IMG/VR virus record: IMGVR_UViG_3300008108_000036
Strand: one strand, 5' to 3'
Length of the DNA: 64,000 nucleotides
Source of the DNA: a virus
The translations under genes were made by a program, and so were the position numbers. Position 1 is the first letter of the stretch; the number at the start of each line of letters is the position of its first letter. The notes beneath the pieces were generated by a model that was not told where the DNA came from, made no database searches, and saw only the letters and a list, made by a program, of their open reading frames with translations. Of this stretch, positions 36,713-46,107 are shown piece after piece.

Positions 36713-37393
36713 ATGAGGCATTCGCTACATAAATTAGCTCTTTTAACGTTACTTTTAATAATAGTAACTGGATGCACAATATATACAGAAAAACGCAGCG
36801 AAGCTTTGTCGCAAGCTGTCTATGCTACTTCCAGTAGCATTTTAAACGCTAGAATTGATTTTGCAGCAAAATATGCAGAACAAGCTAAGCGGTTGGCTTA
36901 TGCTCCAAAAAAACAAATCGACATTCTTCCTCTTATAACAGAAGATGTAAAAAAAATTGAGACTGTTAACAGTTCAACAAAAATTACTAGTAACTCTGCT
37001 AAAAAATCGTCCGTAATACCTACTAGCATAATAACAGCAACAACTGTAGATAATCAAAACCAAAAAATAGTACGTTTGGTTATTCCTGAATTTTTAAAAC
37101 ATGCAAAATTATTAATAGAAAATTCAGAAGAATGGAATGAATTAATTAAAAACAAAGAAATAAATCTGCAATTAGAACAAGATAAAGCAAATCTTCAAAA
37201 ACTAGCTCAAGATATTGACGCAGAATTAGCAAAGCAACAAAAATATAATTCGGAGCTACTTAACGAGCTTCACAACCTAAAAACAAAAGTAGCAGAAAAA
37301 CAAGTTACGATTTATAAATTATATATAACGATAGCTGTTTTACTTGGAGCGATTGTTGGAGGAATTTATCTTAGAATGAAAGGAATTTTTTAA
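36713..37393 (+). CDS. Putative unimolecular spanin (lipoprotein with C-terminal TM)
   Basis: Signal/lipobox LLLIIVTG-C, long coiled coil, C-terminal TM LYITIAVLLGAIVGGIYL; upstream of holin and endolysin. Confidence 0.6.
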   Translation: MRHSLHKLALLTLLLIIVTGCTIYTEKRSEALSQAVYATSSSILNARIDFAAKYAEQAKRLAYAPKKQIDILPLITEDVKKIETVNSSTKITSNSAKKSSVIPTSIITATTVDNQNQKIVRLVIPEFLKHAKLLIENSEEWNELIKNKEINLQLEQDKANLQKLAQDIDAELAKQQKYNSELLNELHNLKTKVAEKQVTIYKLYITIAVLLGAIVGGIYLRMKGIF

Positions 37394-37396
37394 AAT

Positions 37397-37828
37397 ATGT
37401 TGTTTAATCTTAAAAATGCTATAACAACTGGATTATCGTTTTTGAGCTCAACGAAAGCTCCGCCTAATACTCCTGAATGCGAAATAGAAAGATTAAAATC
37501 TATAAATCACATGGAGTCAAAAAAATTTTATATAGTAATGACTTCGGTTATTATTCTTGCGTTTTTTTATTTTGCAAGCATAGGTATATTATTTTTAATT
37601 CCTCAAGGAACTCCTGAATTTTTTACAGGATTTGTTACTATTTTTTCTAAAACAATTGAAATTTTATCTATAATAATAGCAGCTTATGTTGGAGCTCAGG
37701 CGGTTGTTGATTTAAAATATGGAAGTAAGTCGAACGTAAGTCTAGAAAGCACCACCCATCAAGAAACTGTAGAAACATTAACAGTTATTCAAACTAATAT
37801 TAAAGAGGAGGATTATGAACTCAAATAA
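37397..37828 (+). CDS. Putative holin (2 TM)
   Basis: ESKKF followed by two TM helices and AYVGAQAVVD; overlaps the endolysin start. Confidence 0.6.
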   Translation: MLFNLKNAITTGLSFLSSTKAPPNTPECEIERLKSINHMESKKFYIVMTSVIILAFFYFASIGILFLIPQGTPEFFTGFVTIFSKTIEILSIIIAAYVGAQAVVDLKYGSKSNVSLESTTHQETVETLTVIQTNIKEEDYELK

Positions 37829-38432
37829 ACCTTCAGAAAATACATTAAGTTTACTTTTACAATATGAAGTAGGTGGTGGTAAGCATTATTACGAAAAATA
37901 TCTTTCCAAATTTACATGGCCAGGAGGAGCTTCAGGACCGACGATAGCAATAGGAGTTGATTGTGCATACTATTCGAAATCGGAATTACAACACATTTTT
38001 AGCTTTTTGCCTGATGAACAAATAAAAATGATTCAGCAAGCTTCAGGAAAAACCGGATTGTCTGGTAAGGAATACACAGCAACATTGAGAGCAAAGGGAA
38101 TTGTAGTGAACTGGGAAGAAGCGCTCCAGATTTTTGAGAATTTAACATGGCCAAAGTTTACTAAATTGGCAGAAAAAACATTTCCTGGTTTAAAAGAGTT
38201 GAAACCTGACGCTTATGGAGCAATAGTTTCTTTAGTGTTTAATAGAGGAACTAGCTTAGTGGGAAATTCTAGAAAAGAAATGGTTAACATTAAAAATCTC
38301 ATTCCTGATAAAAATTACAAAAAAATAGCAAAAGAAATTCGAGCGATGAAGCGTCTCTGGGTAGGAAAAGGATTAGACGGGTTGTTAGAAAGACGTGAAG
38401 CAGAAGCAACATTAATAGAAGCTTGCGTTTAA
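37815..38432 (+). CDS. Endolysin, lysozyme-like (pesticin-C/GH24-related)
   Basis: YEVGGG..TWPGGASGPTIAIGVD, ALVSLVFNRG-like AIVSLVFNRG, GLLERREAEA. Confidence 0.82.
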   Translation: MNSNKPSENTLSLLLQYEVGGGKHYYEKYLSKFTWPGGASGPTIAIGVDCAYYSKSELQHIFSFLPDEQIKMIQQASGKTGLSGKEYTATLRAKGIVVNWEEALQIFENLTWPKFTKLAEKTFPGLKELKPDAYGAIVSLVFNRGTSLVGNSRKEMVNIKNLIPDKNYKKIAKEIRAMKRLWVGKGLDGLLERREAEATLIEACV

Positions 38433-38433
38433 T

Positions 38434-39342
38434 ATGAAAACGATGACTAAAAGCCAGCTAATTTTAGAGAACGAAAAATTGCTAGAAACAATTCATTCGA
38501 GACAAGGCAGTTTAAATAATTTGTCTTCATATCTCATTGAGCTTGAAAGTCAATTAGCTTTAATATTTGCTGCGTCTCCTGATATTATAGTATTTTTAGA
38601 TAAAAACGCTGATATTATTAAAATCAGTGATGCAGCATTTACTATTTTAGGATATACTAGAGCTGAGCTGATAGGTCGCTCATTATGGGAATTTATTTCA
38701 ACAGAAGATTTAAAAGACTCTAAAGAAAAATTCAATCAAATTAAAACCAAGAGCGTATCATATTTTACAGGTAACAATGCTTTTATAAACAATTGGATTT
38801 CCAAAGAAGGCCAAAAAGTACGTTTGGTTTGGCGTTTTTCTTTATGTGATGAAAAAGAAGATAAAGTTATAGGAGTAGCTTCAGATATTTCACAATTTGG
38901 TAATAATCATTTTTATAATTTTAAATTATTGCAAAATGCTGTTAATTCGTCGACAGATGGAATTGTAATTATAGAATCTGCTGAAGAATCTGCAACAGCA
39001 GTCTATGTAAATCAAGCTTACGAAAGAATGATGAACACACCGTCCGAAGAGCTAATTGGAAAATCTTTTTGGAATAACTTAACCAATGAAAGTTTGCACT
39101 CTAGAGCATTTTCTACCATTAAAACGTGTATGTTAAATGGAACAAATTGTGATGTTTTATTGCAATGTCACAAGGCAACCGGAGAGCTATTTTACGCTCG
39201 ATATGCTATTTCTGCAGTAAAAGAAAATAATATAATTGCTCATTTTATAGGAATTATACGAGACATTTCAGAAAAAATAGGAACAAAATACGAATGGTCA
39301 CCGAACTCAGAAAGCGGATTTATACATTTACATCATAACTAA
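38434..39342 (+). CDS. Tandem PAS-domain protein without output domain
   Basis: PAS1 (ASPDIIVFLD..ILGYTRAELIGRS..GVASDIS), PAS2 (SSTDGIVI..YVNQAYERM..ELIGKS..GIIRDISE); N-terminal coiled coil; no kinase/GGDEF. Confidence 0.88.
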   Translation: MKTMTKSQLILENEKLLETIHSRQGSLNNLSSYLIELESQLALIFAASPDIIVFLDKNADIIKISDAAFTILGYTRAELIGRSLWEFISTEDLKDSKEKFNQIKTKSVSYFTGNNAFINNWISKEGQKVRLVWRFSLCDEKEDKVIGVASDISQFGNNHFYNFKLLQNAVNSSTDGIVIIESAEESATAVYVNQAYERMMNTPSEELIGKSFWNNLTNESLHSRAFSTIKTCMLNGTNCDVLLQCHKATGELFYARYAISAVKENNIIAHFIGIIRDISEKIGTKYEWSPNSESGFIHLHHN

Positions 39343-39343
39343 C

Positions 39344-39751
39344 ATGAATACGGAATTTGATAATAATATAGGAAATAGTTATGAAGGAAACGGGTGGTCT
39401 AAATATCAAATGCTCGTGTTGCAGCAATTAAAAGATCATAATGCCGTGCTTCAAAATTTAAACAAAGAAATTGTTGAAGTGAAACAATTAAATGCGGTTG
39501 CTGATGCGGAGTCTAAAATGTGGAAAATAAAAGTAATGTCTGATCTCGAAAGTTTGAGATCGGATGTAGATAAAGAGTTGTACGAAGAGCATGGTATGTA
39601 CAAACGTTTATCTAAAGTTGAGCGTGATTTGGATTTAGATGACCACTTAGCAACTAAAAGCAAGGCAACATTAGCATTATATGGTTCTATTGCTATGTTT
39701 ATTCTTAATGCGTTAATCCAAATAGTTGCTATATATTTAAAAGTAAAATGA
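39344..39751 (+). CDS. Coiled-coil protein with C-terminal TM anchor
   Basis: NGWSKYQMLVLQQL coiled coil; C-terminal hydrophobic helix. Confidence 0.65.
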   Translation: MNTEFDNNIGNSYEGNGWSKYQMLVLQQLKDHNAVLQNLNKEIVEVKQLNAVADAESKMWKIKVMSDLESLRSDVDKELYEEHGMYKRLSKVERDLDLDDHLATKSKATLALYGSIAMFILNALIQIVAIYLKVK

Positions 39752-39960
39752 GTTATTTTGGCTGTAGTATAATAAAAGATCCTGATGTAGATGAGTTGAC
39801 TTCTAAGACAAGTTTGAGAATATTAGAAATTATAGAAAAAAAACATGGACACGAAACCACAACTATTCCTAGCAATCAGATTAATTTCGTTTCTTTTGAA
39901 CAAGCCTTGTTGGAATTAATAACCCATGAGCGAAGTAAAAACAGCTCTAATAAACAATAA
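39748..39960 (+). CDS. Hypothetical protein
   Basis: ATGA overlap with upstream gene. Confidence 0.5.
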   Translation: MSYFGCSIIKDPDVDELTSKTSLRILEIIEKKHGHETTTIPSNQINFVSFEQALLELITHERSKNSSNKQ

Positions 39961-39974
39961 ATAATAGTTTCCTC

Positions 39975-40412
39975 ATGAAGTTGTTTATTGATGCAGCATT
40001 ACCTAAAAAGCAAATAAGATATTTGATGCATCTTATTGCTGTTGATTATAAAGTCACGCAGTTGTCATTTAATAGTCAAGCAAAGTCTCTTGGTGGTTCT
40101 TACAACTTCAATAAAAATAGCATTTTTATTAACAATAAACAACGCAAAAAAACCATGCTCTGCGTGTTTTTTCACGAGTTAGCTCATCATGTTGCAGTTC
40201 AACAAAAAAAATGGATGTCGTATCATGAAGGAACAGATTCTGATATTGCTCCTTCTAAACAATTTGCTATTGAAAATAAAATAGATTTAATAGCCAAATC
40301 ACTTTGGCTTAAATATGTAGACATTAAACAGTGGGGCAATTATCAATTTAGTTACCCAAAAGCAAGAAAAGGTCAGCTTTCAGCTTGGTTAGCAGACTAT
40401 AATTCAATTTAA
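39975..40412 (+). CDS. HEXXH zinc metallopeptidase-like protein
   Basis: GGSY..IFIN..FFHELAHH..E. Confidence 0.65.
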   Translation: MKLFIDAALPKKQIRYLMHLIAVDYKVTQLSFNSQAKSLGGSYNFNKNSIFINNKQRKKTMLCVFFHELAHHVAVQQKKWMSYHEGTDSDIAPSKQFAIENKIDLIAKSLWLKYVDIKQWGNYQFSYPKARKGQLSAWLADYNSI

Positions 40413-40637
40413 ATGATTAACTTATCTGATTTTATTTATAAAGACGGAGATCAATTTTATTTTGATCTAGAATGCTACAACGAAGGAGATCACTTATCTA
40501 TTGATAAATCGCTAAGATTTCAAAGCGGAGACAATATTAAATTTTTTTGGGAGGGTAAAAAAATGTTTGGAACTTTGAGACATTTTGGGCAAAATGAGGA
40601 GCTTTTTATTATTGTTAATGTATCGTGCATCGAGTGA
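40413..40637 (+). CDS. Hypothetical protein
   Basis: 74 aa, coupled to neighbours. Confidence 0.5.
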   Translation: MINLSDFIYKDGDQFYFDLECYNEGDHLSIDKSLRFQSGDNIKFFWEGKKMFGTLRHFGQNEELFIIVNVSCIE

Positions 40638-41464
40638 ATATTTTTAAAGATCTATCAACATTCAATAGAATTACATTTGTAGAAAAAACCCATACGTATT
40701 TGATAGACGGTCATTTAGCTGGCACACTATCGGTAACTGGATTGATTAAAAGATTCAAACCAGTATTTGATGTAGAAGGAGCTTCTTTAAGAGTGGCAAA
40801 AAGAAGAGGGGTTAGTCAAGATATAGTAAAACAAGAATGGACTTTAAAAAATAAATTTTCTACAACTCTTGGCAGCATTTTACACAAATATATTGAAAAC
40901 TTTTATGCTAATAAAAAAATTGCAATAGAACATGCTTTAGTATCCGAACACTTACAAACAGACCAGAAGCAAAAATTAATAGAGCGATTGCCTATTTTAG
41001 TAAGACATTTTCAGCAATTTCAACTGTTTTATTCTCACTTGCTGTGCGCTAAGACAGAATTGGTCGTTGGTGATTTAGATGAAACGAGAATATGTGGCAT
41101 GGTAGATTTGCTTTCCTATAATAGTTTGACGGATTCTTTTGAAATTATCGATTTTAAAACAAACAAAAACATTAATGTTTCATCCAAATACAATTCTATT
41201 TTAAAGGCTCCATTTGAAGATATGCCGGATTGTGAGTTGACTCACTATACAATACAATTGAATTCTTACAAATATATTATAGAAAAGTATACAAATATTA
41301 AAATTACTGGTTTGAAAATAGTTTGGTTAAATGCTGATAATGATACATTCAAAGTATTTGAGCTTCGAGATATACAAGAAAAAATTAAAGAAGCTTTTGG
41401 ATTAATTTTTGCAGAGTCAAAAATATCAGCAGAGATGAAAAATATACAAACGGAACTAATATAA
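40634..41464 (+). CDS. PD-(D/E)XK exonuclease (Cas4/RecB-like phage exonuclease)
   Basis: SVTGLI, GSILHKYIE, E..ICGMVDLL..IIDFKTNK, YTIQLNSY. Confidence 0.88.
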   Translation: MNIFKDLSTFNRITFVEKTHTYLIDGHLAGTLSVTGLIKRFKPVFDVEGASLRVAKRRGVSQDIVKQEWTLKNKFSTTLGSILHKYIENFYANKKIAIEHALVSEHLQTDQKQKLIERLPILVRHFQQFQLFYSHLLCAKTELVVGDLDETRICGMVDLLSYNSLTDSFEIIDFKTNKNINVSSKYNSILKAPFEDMPDCELTHYTIQLNSYKYIIEKYTNIKITGLKIVWLNADNDTFKVFELRDIQEKIKEAFGLIFAESKISAEMKNIQTELI

Positions 41465-41753
41465 TATCATCATACATAAAGCATGCTATCAACGATAGCC
41501 ACATACATATGCATAAAGGGCAAGTTATTAATTTTAAAAAAAATCGCACAACTGCAGAAATGTTTGGTTGCTCGCTTTGATGTTTTAAAAACTCTAAAAA
41601 CCCTTCATTAGGAGCTGATGATAAAAAAAGAGCATACTGAATTCTTAATTTTGTAAATAAATGGAACAATTCTAAATAAGAATATGCTGCATTAGTAGCA
41701 AACCAAATAAACATTAATAAATTTATCCAACCAATACAATAGAAAAACTCCAT
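41385..41753 (-). CDS. Membrane protein with CPLC motif
   Basis: Hydrophobic segments; KLITCPLCICMW (DUF1360-like CPxC). Confidence 0.5.
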   Translation of the reverse strand: MEFFYCIGWINLLMFIWFATNAAYSYLELFHLFTKLRIQYALFLSSAPNEGFLEFLKHQSEQPNISAVVRFFLKLITCPLCICMWLSLIACFMYDDIILVPFVYFSSLLIFLTLQKLIQKLL

Positions 41754-41772
41754 TAAATACATAAATATAATT

Positions 41773-42195
41773 ATGAAGTTTGACGAATTATACAAAAGCG
41801 TTTATTTGGCTGAAGAAGAAAAGCAATCTGCGGACTTACCTGCCGAGACAGAGGGTGGATCTACAGTTCCTATGCCAGAAGATTTTGATGACGTCGAACC
41901 AATTCCTCAAGCAGAGCCAGCAACTGAAACAGAAGAAGGACAACCAGTCAATTCAGAAGTTCCTACTGCTTCTACTTTAAAAGATTATATTTTTCAGTTA
42001 GAAGATTTTGCTGAAAAGCTTAATGGAATGGAAGGTAGTTCTTTACAGAGTTTAGTAGCTTCACTAGATAGACCTGGAACACCTTTTGATGGAATTTCTG
42101 GAAGAACAAAAGCTGACATTGTTAGTGTAGCAGAAACCTTGTTATCGATTTCAGAAAAACTAAAAAGCTTTATGATTAATGCTGTTAAGCGTTAA
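41773..42195 (+). CDS. Putative internal head/scaffold-like protein
   Basis: TAAATA-N5-ATG; MKFDELYKSVYLAEE N-terminus; acidic linker. Confidence 0.55.
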   Translation: MKFDELYKSVYLAEEEKQSADLPAETEGGSTVPMPEDFDDVEPIPQAEPATETEEGQPVNSEVPTASTLKDYIFQLEDFAEKLNGMEGSSLQSLVASLDRPGTPFDGISGRTKADIVSVAETLLSISEKLKSFMINAVKR

Positions 42196-42208
42196 TTTGT
42201 TATTTTTG

Positions 42209-42237
42209 TTGAAAAAAATTTATTTTTTTAGTATAGT
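42209..42237 (+). promoter_or_regulatory. Sigma70-like promoter for primase
   Basis: TTGAAA-N17-TATAGT, 6 nt before GTG. Confidence 0.6.
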
Positions 42238-42243
42238 TCCTTA

Positions 42244-43251
42244 GTGGAACTTTCACAAGAGTTTTTGGTTGAAATGATTTACGTGCATTGTAAAAGGGCA
42301 ATGCATAAACGTTATCAAAATATATTTAACGCAGAATGTCCTATATGTAAGGAGGGAAAATCTGCAGGTAGAACTAGACGTTTATTCTATTTTCCAAATA
42401 AACAATATTTTTTTTGCCATAACTGTTCAAAATCTTGGAAACCTTTTGAGTGGGTTAAAGAAGTGACTGGACTTTCAGTACCAGAAATTATTAAACGGAA
42501 TAACGAAAAATCTAATTCGGTAGTGCCATTTATTAAAAAAACAGTAACACATTCTAAATTAGTGAAGGACATACCTGATCTTCCAGAAAATAGTATAGAT
42601 ATAGAAGACGCGTCTCAGGTTGCATTTTTTAATTCGAGTCAGGTTGTAAAAAATGCTATAAACTATTGTGAACACAGACGTTTGCTTACAGCTATAAACC
42701 GCTGTAAGCATTTTTATGTTTCATTAGAAGATAAAATTCATAAGAATAGATTGATTCTTCCGTTTTACGGTGATAACGACAAAGTGGTGTGTTATCAAAC
42801 TCGAGCATTAACAGCTGACCAACATCCAAAGTATTTGACTAAATTTGGAGAGAAACATGTGTTTAATATAACAAATATTATTTCTGATATACCTTATGTT
42901 TTTATATTCGAAGGACCAATTGATTCTATGTTTGTGAAAAACGGAGTTGCAATTGCAGCTTTATCGCCAACAGAAAGTCAGACAGAAGAGCTCAACAATT
43001 TATTGGGCTACGAGAAAATTTACGTTTTTGATAATGATAAAAACAATAAACAAACGTCTAAAAAAATAGAAAAGACAATCAAAGACGGTAAGACTGTATT
43101 TATTTGGCCCAAAGAGTTTAAGAGATTCAAAGATATAAATGAAGTGTGTTGTGAGTTAAAGCTAAATGAGATTGATTGGAAGTTTATAGTAAAACACAGT
43201 TTTAAGGGAAGCGGTGCATTGATTAAGCAAAAAATACTAAGCGCTTTTTAG
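42244..43251 (+). CDS. DNA primase (T4 gp61-like)
   Basis: CPIC..CHNC Zn ribbon; RLILPF, YQTR, PKYLT, IFEGPIDSMF, FDND TOPRIM; KDINE. Confidence 0.92.
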   Translation: MELSQEFLVEMIYVHCKRAMHKRYQNIFNAECPICKEGKSAGRTRRLFYFPNKQYFFCHNCSKSWKPFEWVKEVTGLSVPEIIKRNNEKSNSVVPFIKKTVTHSKLVKDIPDLPENSIDIEDASQVAFFNSSQVVKNAINYCEHRRLLTAINRCKHFYVSLEDKIHKNRLILPFYGDNDKVVCYQTRALTADQHPKYLTKFGEKHVFNITNIISDIPYVFIFEGPIDSMFVKNGVAIAALSPTESQTEELNNLLGYEKIYVFDNDKNNKQTSKKIEKTIKDGKTVFIWPKEFKRFKDINEVCCELKLNEIDWKFIVKHSFKGSGALIKQKILSAF

Positions 43252-44540
43252 CGTTTTCCACCAACGGTAGGTGCACCAAAACTTAACCCATCAGCTATTT
43301 TACCAGCTCCTCGAATTACAGACAACCAATCTACGATTTCTCCTTCTCTTACGTAATTAGCAAGAGTCATTAATAATTCATATAAATCTTTAGCTGCTTC
43401 GTTGTTGCCCATGATCGATTTTATATTGCCGATCGTATATCCTCCTTTTCCGACGTCTTTAGCCAATACAACTTTGCCTTCTTCTGCATCAAATGCATAA
43501 AATCCTTGTTCTTTTGAGGAGTTACTTAAAAATACTTCATATGCAGTATCGCCAGTTTTAGGGCCAGGAGGTTTAAACTTACCTTGTTCGTCCTTTGGAA
43601 ATAATCTATTAATTTCAGAATCAAAAAATCTCTTGCCTGCTAGACCTATGTTTAATAATTCTGTATGTATCGCTCTTGTGTATATTTTGTCGCTGCTAAC
43701 CTTATTGCTAAATGCGTAGGTTCCTCCAGCGTATTTCTTTGGATGTAGTAATACGTCTGTTACAGCTGGACCTTGATCGGGAACACTTGTTGTTGAAAGT
43801 GTAGCTAATCTTGCTTTTTTTCTTGCTTCTAAAATGTAAAATATAGCATCTTTAATGCTGTTGCCTGCAAATTTATCGAGCGTTATTTGTCCTACATAAT
43901 TTTGTTGTAATTGCTTTCTTATTTGAGTAGCTACATATTGTCCTTCAGCTGTTGCGACAGGAAAGTCTATAGGATTAGCTGTAGTTCTGTTTTGAATTGA
44001 TACTTTAAATTTGTCAAGTTGAGTTTTAAAAGCGGTTATTGAAATTGGAGCTTTTTTAAATCTTTCTACTACAGAAGATGGGTTGCCTGGAGCTAAATTT
44101 GCTACTTGAGCCATAAGCTCAATATAAGGTAAATATTGTGAGTACTCGAAAAATTGAGAGGCAGAAGTTCTTGTCCAGCATTTTATCCAAATATTAAAAA
44201 TTTTAGTTAAAACGTCTAAGGTGGGTGCAGATCCTGGACCATAAGCGTTTTGATAAATTACATTAACTTCATTAATTTCTCGCGTTAAATTTTTCGGAGT
44301 AAAGACCACATCCGAGCTTTCTGATGCCTTTCCGTCACTTGCTGGTTTATCTACATCAAAAAATAATTCAAATAAAGGTTTTGCATCTAAAGTAGCTTCA
44401 GTAGGAGTTTCGTCTTCCTTTGAATCGTCAGTTGTTTCTTTAGACGTATCGTCTGAAACCAGTGGTTCAGCTTCTTCGGTCTTTTGTAGAGTATTTTCAG
44501 TAAGAACTGATTCGATTAAGTTTTTAAAATTTACAAACAT
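43248..44540 (-). CDS. Hypothetical late protein (possible virion protein)
   Basis: TAAATA-N6-ATG; N-terminus FKNLIESVLTE. Confidence 0.6.
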   Translation of the reverse strand: MFVNFKNLIESVLTENTLQKTEEAEPLVSDDTSKETTDDSKEDETPTEATLDAKPLFELFFDVDKPASDGKASESSDVVFTPKNLTREINEVNVIYQNAYGPGSAPTLDVLTKIFNIWIKCWTRTSASQFFEYSQYLPYIELMAQVANLAPGNPSSVVERFKKAPISITAFKTQLDKFKVSIQNRTTANPIDFPVATAEGQYVATQIRKQLQQNYVGQITLDKFAGNSIKDAIFYILEARKKARLATLSTTSVPDQGPAVTDVLLHPKKYAGGTYAFSNKVSSDKIYTRAIHTELLNIGLAGKRFFDSEINRLFPKDEQGKFKPPGPKTGDTAYEVFLSNSSKEQGFYAFDAEEGKVVLAKDVGKGGYTIGNIKSIMGNNEAAKDLYELLMTLANYVREGEIVDWLSVIRGAGKIADGLSFGAPTVGGKR

Positions 44541-44604
44541 TAAAGTTATTTATTTGTTAAACTACAAAAAAACTCCAATATGACATAAATAATTGAGCAT
44601 TTAA

Positions 44605-45720
44605 ATGAAAATTGAAGATCAACAATTGTTAGAACAAGTTTATTCTGAACAAATTTTAGAAGAAGGAGTTTGGGATCAAATAAAACATAAAGCCTCTAAT
44701 GCTGCTGGAGCTTTAGGTGGAATGGCTTCTAATGTTGGAAATAGATTAGCTAATGTAGTTAGAGCTCCAGAAAATCAAAAAAATCCAGTAGAAGCTCAAG
44801 TACAAACTCTTTGGAATTCGTTTAGAAATAAAACCTTAAATGCCATCGAAAAATATTTAAAACAACAATCTACTTTGCTGAGCACAGAGCAAAATGCTAA
44901 TTCGTCATTTACTAAACAGCTAAACGCAATTAAAGAAGCTCAAAAATTCTTGCAGGATCCTCCAAATTATATAAAGAATAATCCGTCTGCTTCCTCATCT
45001 TCTCCCCGTTCAGTATCTGATGTAAGCGGAGGTACAGCTTCAGGTATAGAATCGGGAAGTAAAGATGGTTCTAGTGCTGTGCCGTCTGCACCAACTGTGC
45101 CTAGCCGTGGTGTAGCACCAACTCCGGAGCCAGCACCTTCCTCAGATAAGCCTGAATCAACTGAAGTGACAGCATCAGCTCCGAAAAGAGTTAATTTTAC
45201 TACTCCTCCTTCGAGCATTAGCATTAAACCGACAGGTGATGCTAAATCAGCTGGAATTTCAGGAGTTCCAACTCCTGATTACAGCAAACTTGTGACGGTA
45301 GTAGCTAATTTAAAACAAAAAGATCCCGAAACATACAAAACAATTAAAAATGATTTAGAGAAAGTATTTGCAGAAAATCAAAATTTTAAAAACTATTTTA
45401 ATTTAACGTTATTGGAGGCAACCAAAAAAAACCCAAAAGCTTCTGCTGAGTTTGCAGAAAGAGATGAAGACGTAAGGTATCACGGCACTCACCCTCTCTC
45501 AGTAGAAACTATGAAGTTTTTTTCAGAATTTAGAAGGCTTTGTGAACAATTTATTCATAATTATGATAAAATAAAAAAAGTTGGAGAATTTGGAAAATCT
45601 GCCAATAGAAAAACGTTCTATACTGCTGATACTTTTTTAAAGCGTTTGCTTTCAATTTTATATATTCCTAAAGCTGGAGATTTGCAGGGAGCAAATCCTT
45701 TTAAAGACAAAATGGAATAA
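44605..45720 (+). CDS. Hypothetical late protein (possible internal head protein)
   Basis: DQQLLEQVYSEQILEEGVWDQIK; Ser/Pro-rich centre. Confidence 0.6.
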   Translation: MKIEDQQLLEQVYSEQILEEGVWDQIKHKASNAAGALGGMASNVGNRLANVVRAPENQKNPVEAQVQTLWNSFRNKTLNAIEKYLKQQSTLLSTEQNANSSFTKQLNAIKEAQKFLQDPPNYIKNNPSASSSSPRSVSDVSGGTASGIESGSKDGSSAVPSAPTVPSRGVAPTPEPAPSSDKPESTEVTASAPKRVNFTTPPSSISIKPTGDAKSAGISGVPTPDYSKLVTVVANLKQKDPETYKTIKNDLEKVFAENQNFKNYFNLTLLEATKKNPKASAEFAERDEDVRYHGTHPLSVETMKFFSEFRRLCEQFIHNYDKIKKVGEFGKSANRKTFYTADTFLKRLLSILYIPKAGDLQGANPFKDKME

Positions 45721-45745
45721 ATGATTAAATATAATAAATAAACAT

Positions 45746-46099
45746 ATGAAAATGACGTTTGATGAAATTTACAATGCTACACTCGCTGAAAACACAGTTC
45801 CAGCTCCAGCAACTCCAATGGCGAATCCAGCCAATTTACAAAAAGATTTACAAGGATTGTTTTTAAAACATAAAGACAATCCAGCCCTTTTTCAAGAACT
45901 AGAAAAACAAATGAAGCAAGCTCAACAAGCTGCTCAACAAGCTGCTAAGGCTAATCAACAGCAACAACAGCAGCAACAAGCTGCTGCTAAAACTAACACC
46001 CAACAGCCAGCACCTCAACAAAACAACAATACCAACCAGCAACAAAATCAACCTCAAGCTAATAATCAACAACAAAATAATCAGCAAAAGAAGGTTTAA
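45746..46099 (+). CDS. Gln/Asn-rich low-complexity protein
   Basis: C-terminal half nearly all Q/N/A/P with a run of 8 Q. Confidence 0.65.
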   Translation: MKMTFDEIYNATLAENTVPAPATPMANPANLQKDLQGLFLKHKDNPALFQELEKQMKQAQQAAQQAAKANQQQQQQQQAAAKTNTQQPAPQQNNNTNQQQNQPQANNQQQNNQQKKV

Positions 46100-46107
46100 A
46101 GCATGAT

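Noticed and set aside
38434-39342. LOV photoreceptor call for the second PAS domain
   Set aside because: Has GKSFWNNL where LOV has GxNCRFLQ; no adduct-forming Cys.
40634-41464. Cas4 / CRISPR system
   Set aside because: No repeat-spacer array or other cas genes seen, and the four-Cys cluster is not evident; ordinary phage exonuclease.
45899-46087. Poly-Leu hydrophobic ORF on the minus strand
   Set aside because: Antisense reading of the CAA/CAG repeat in the Gln-rich gene.
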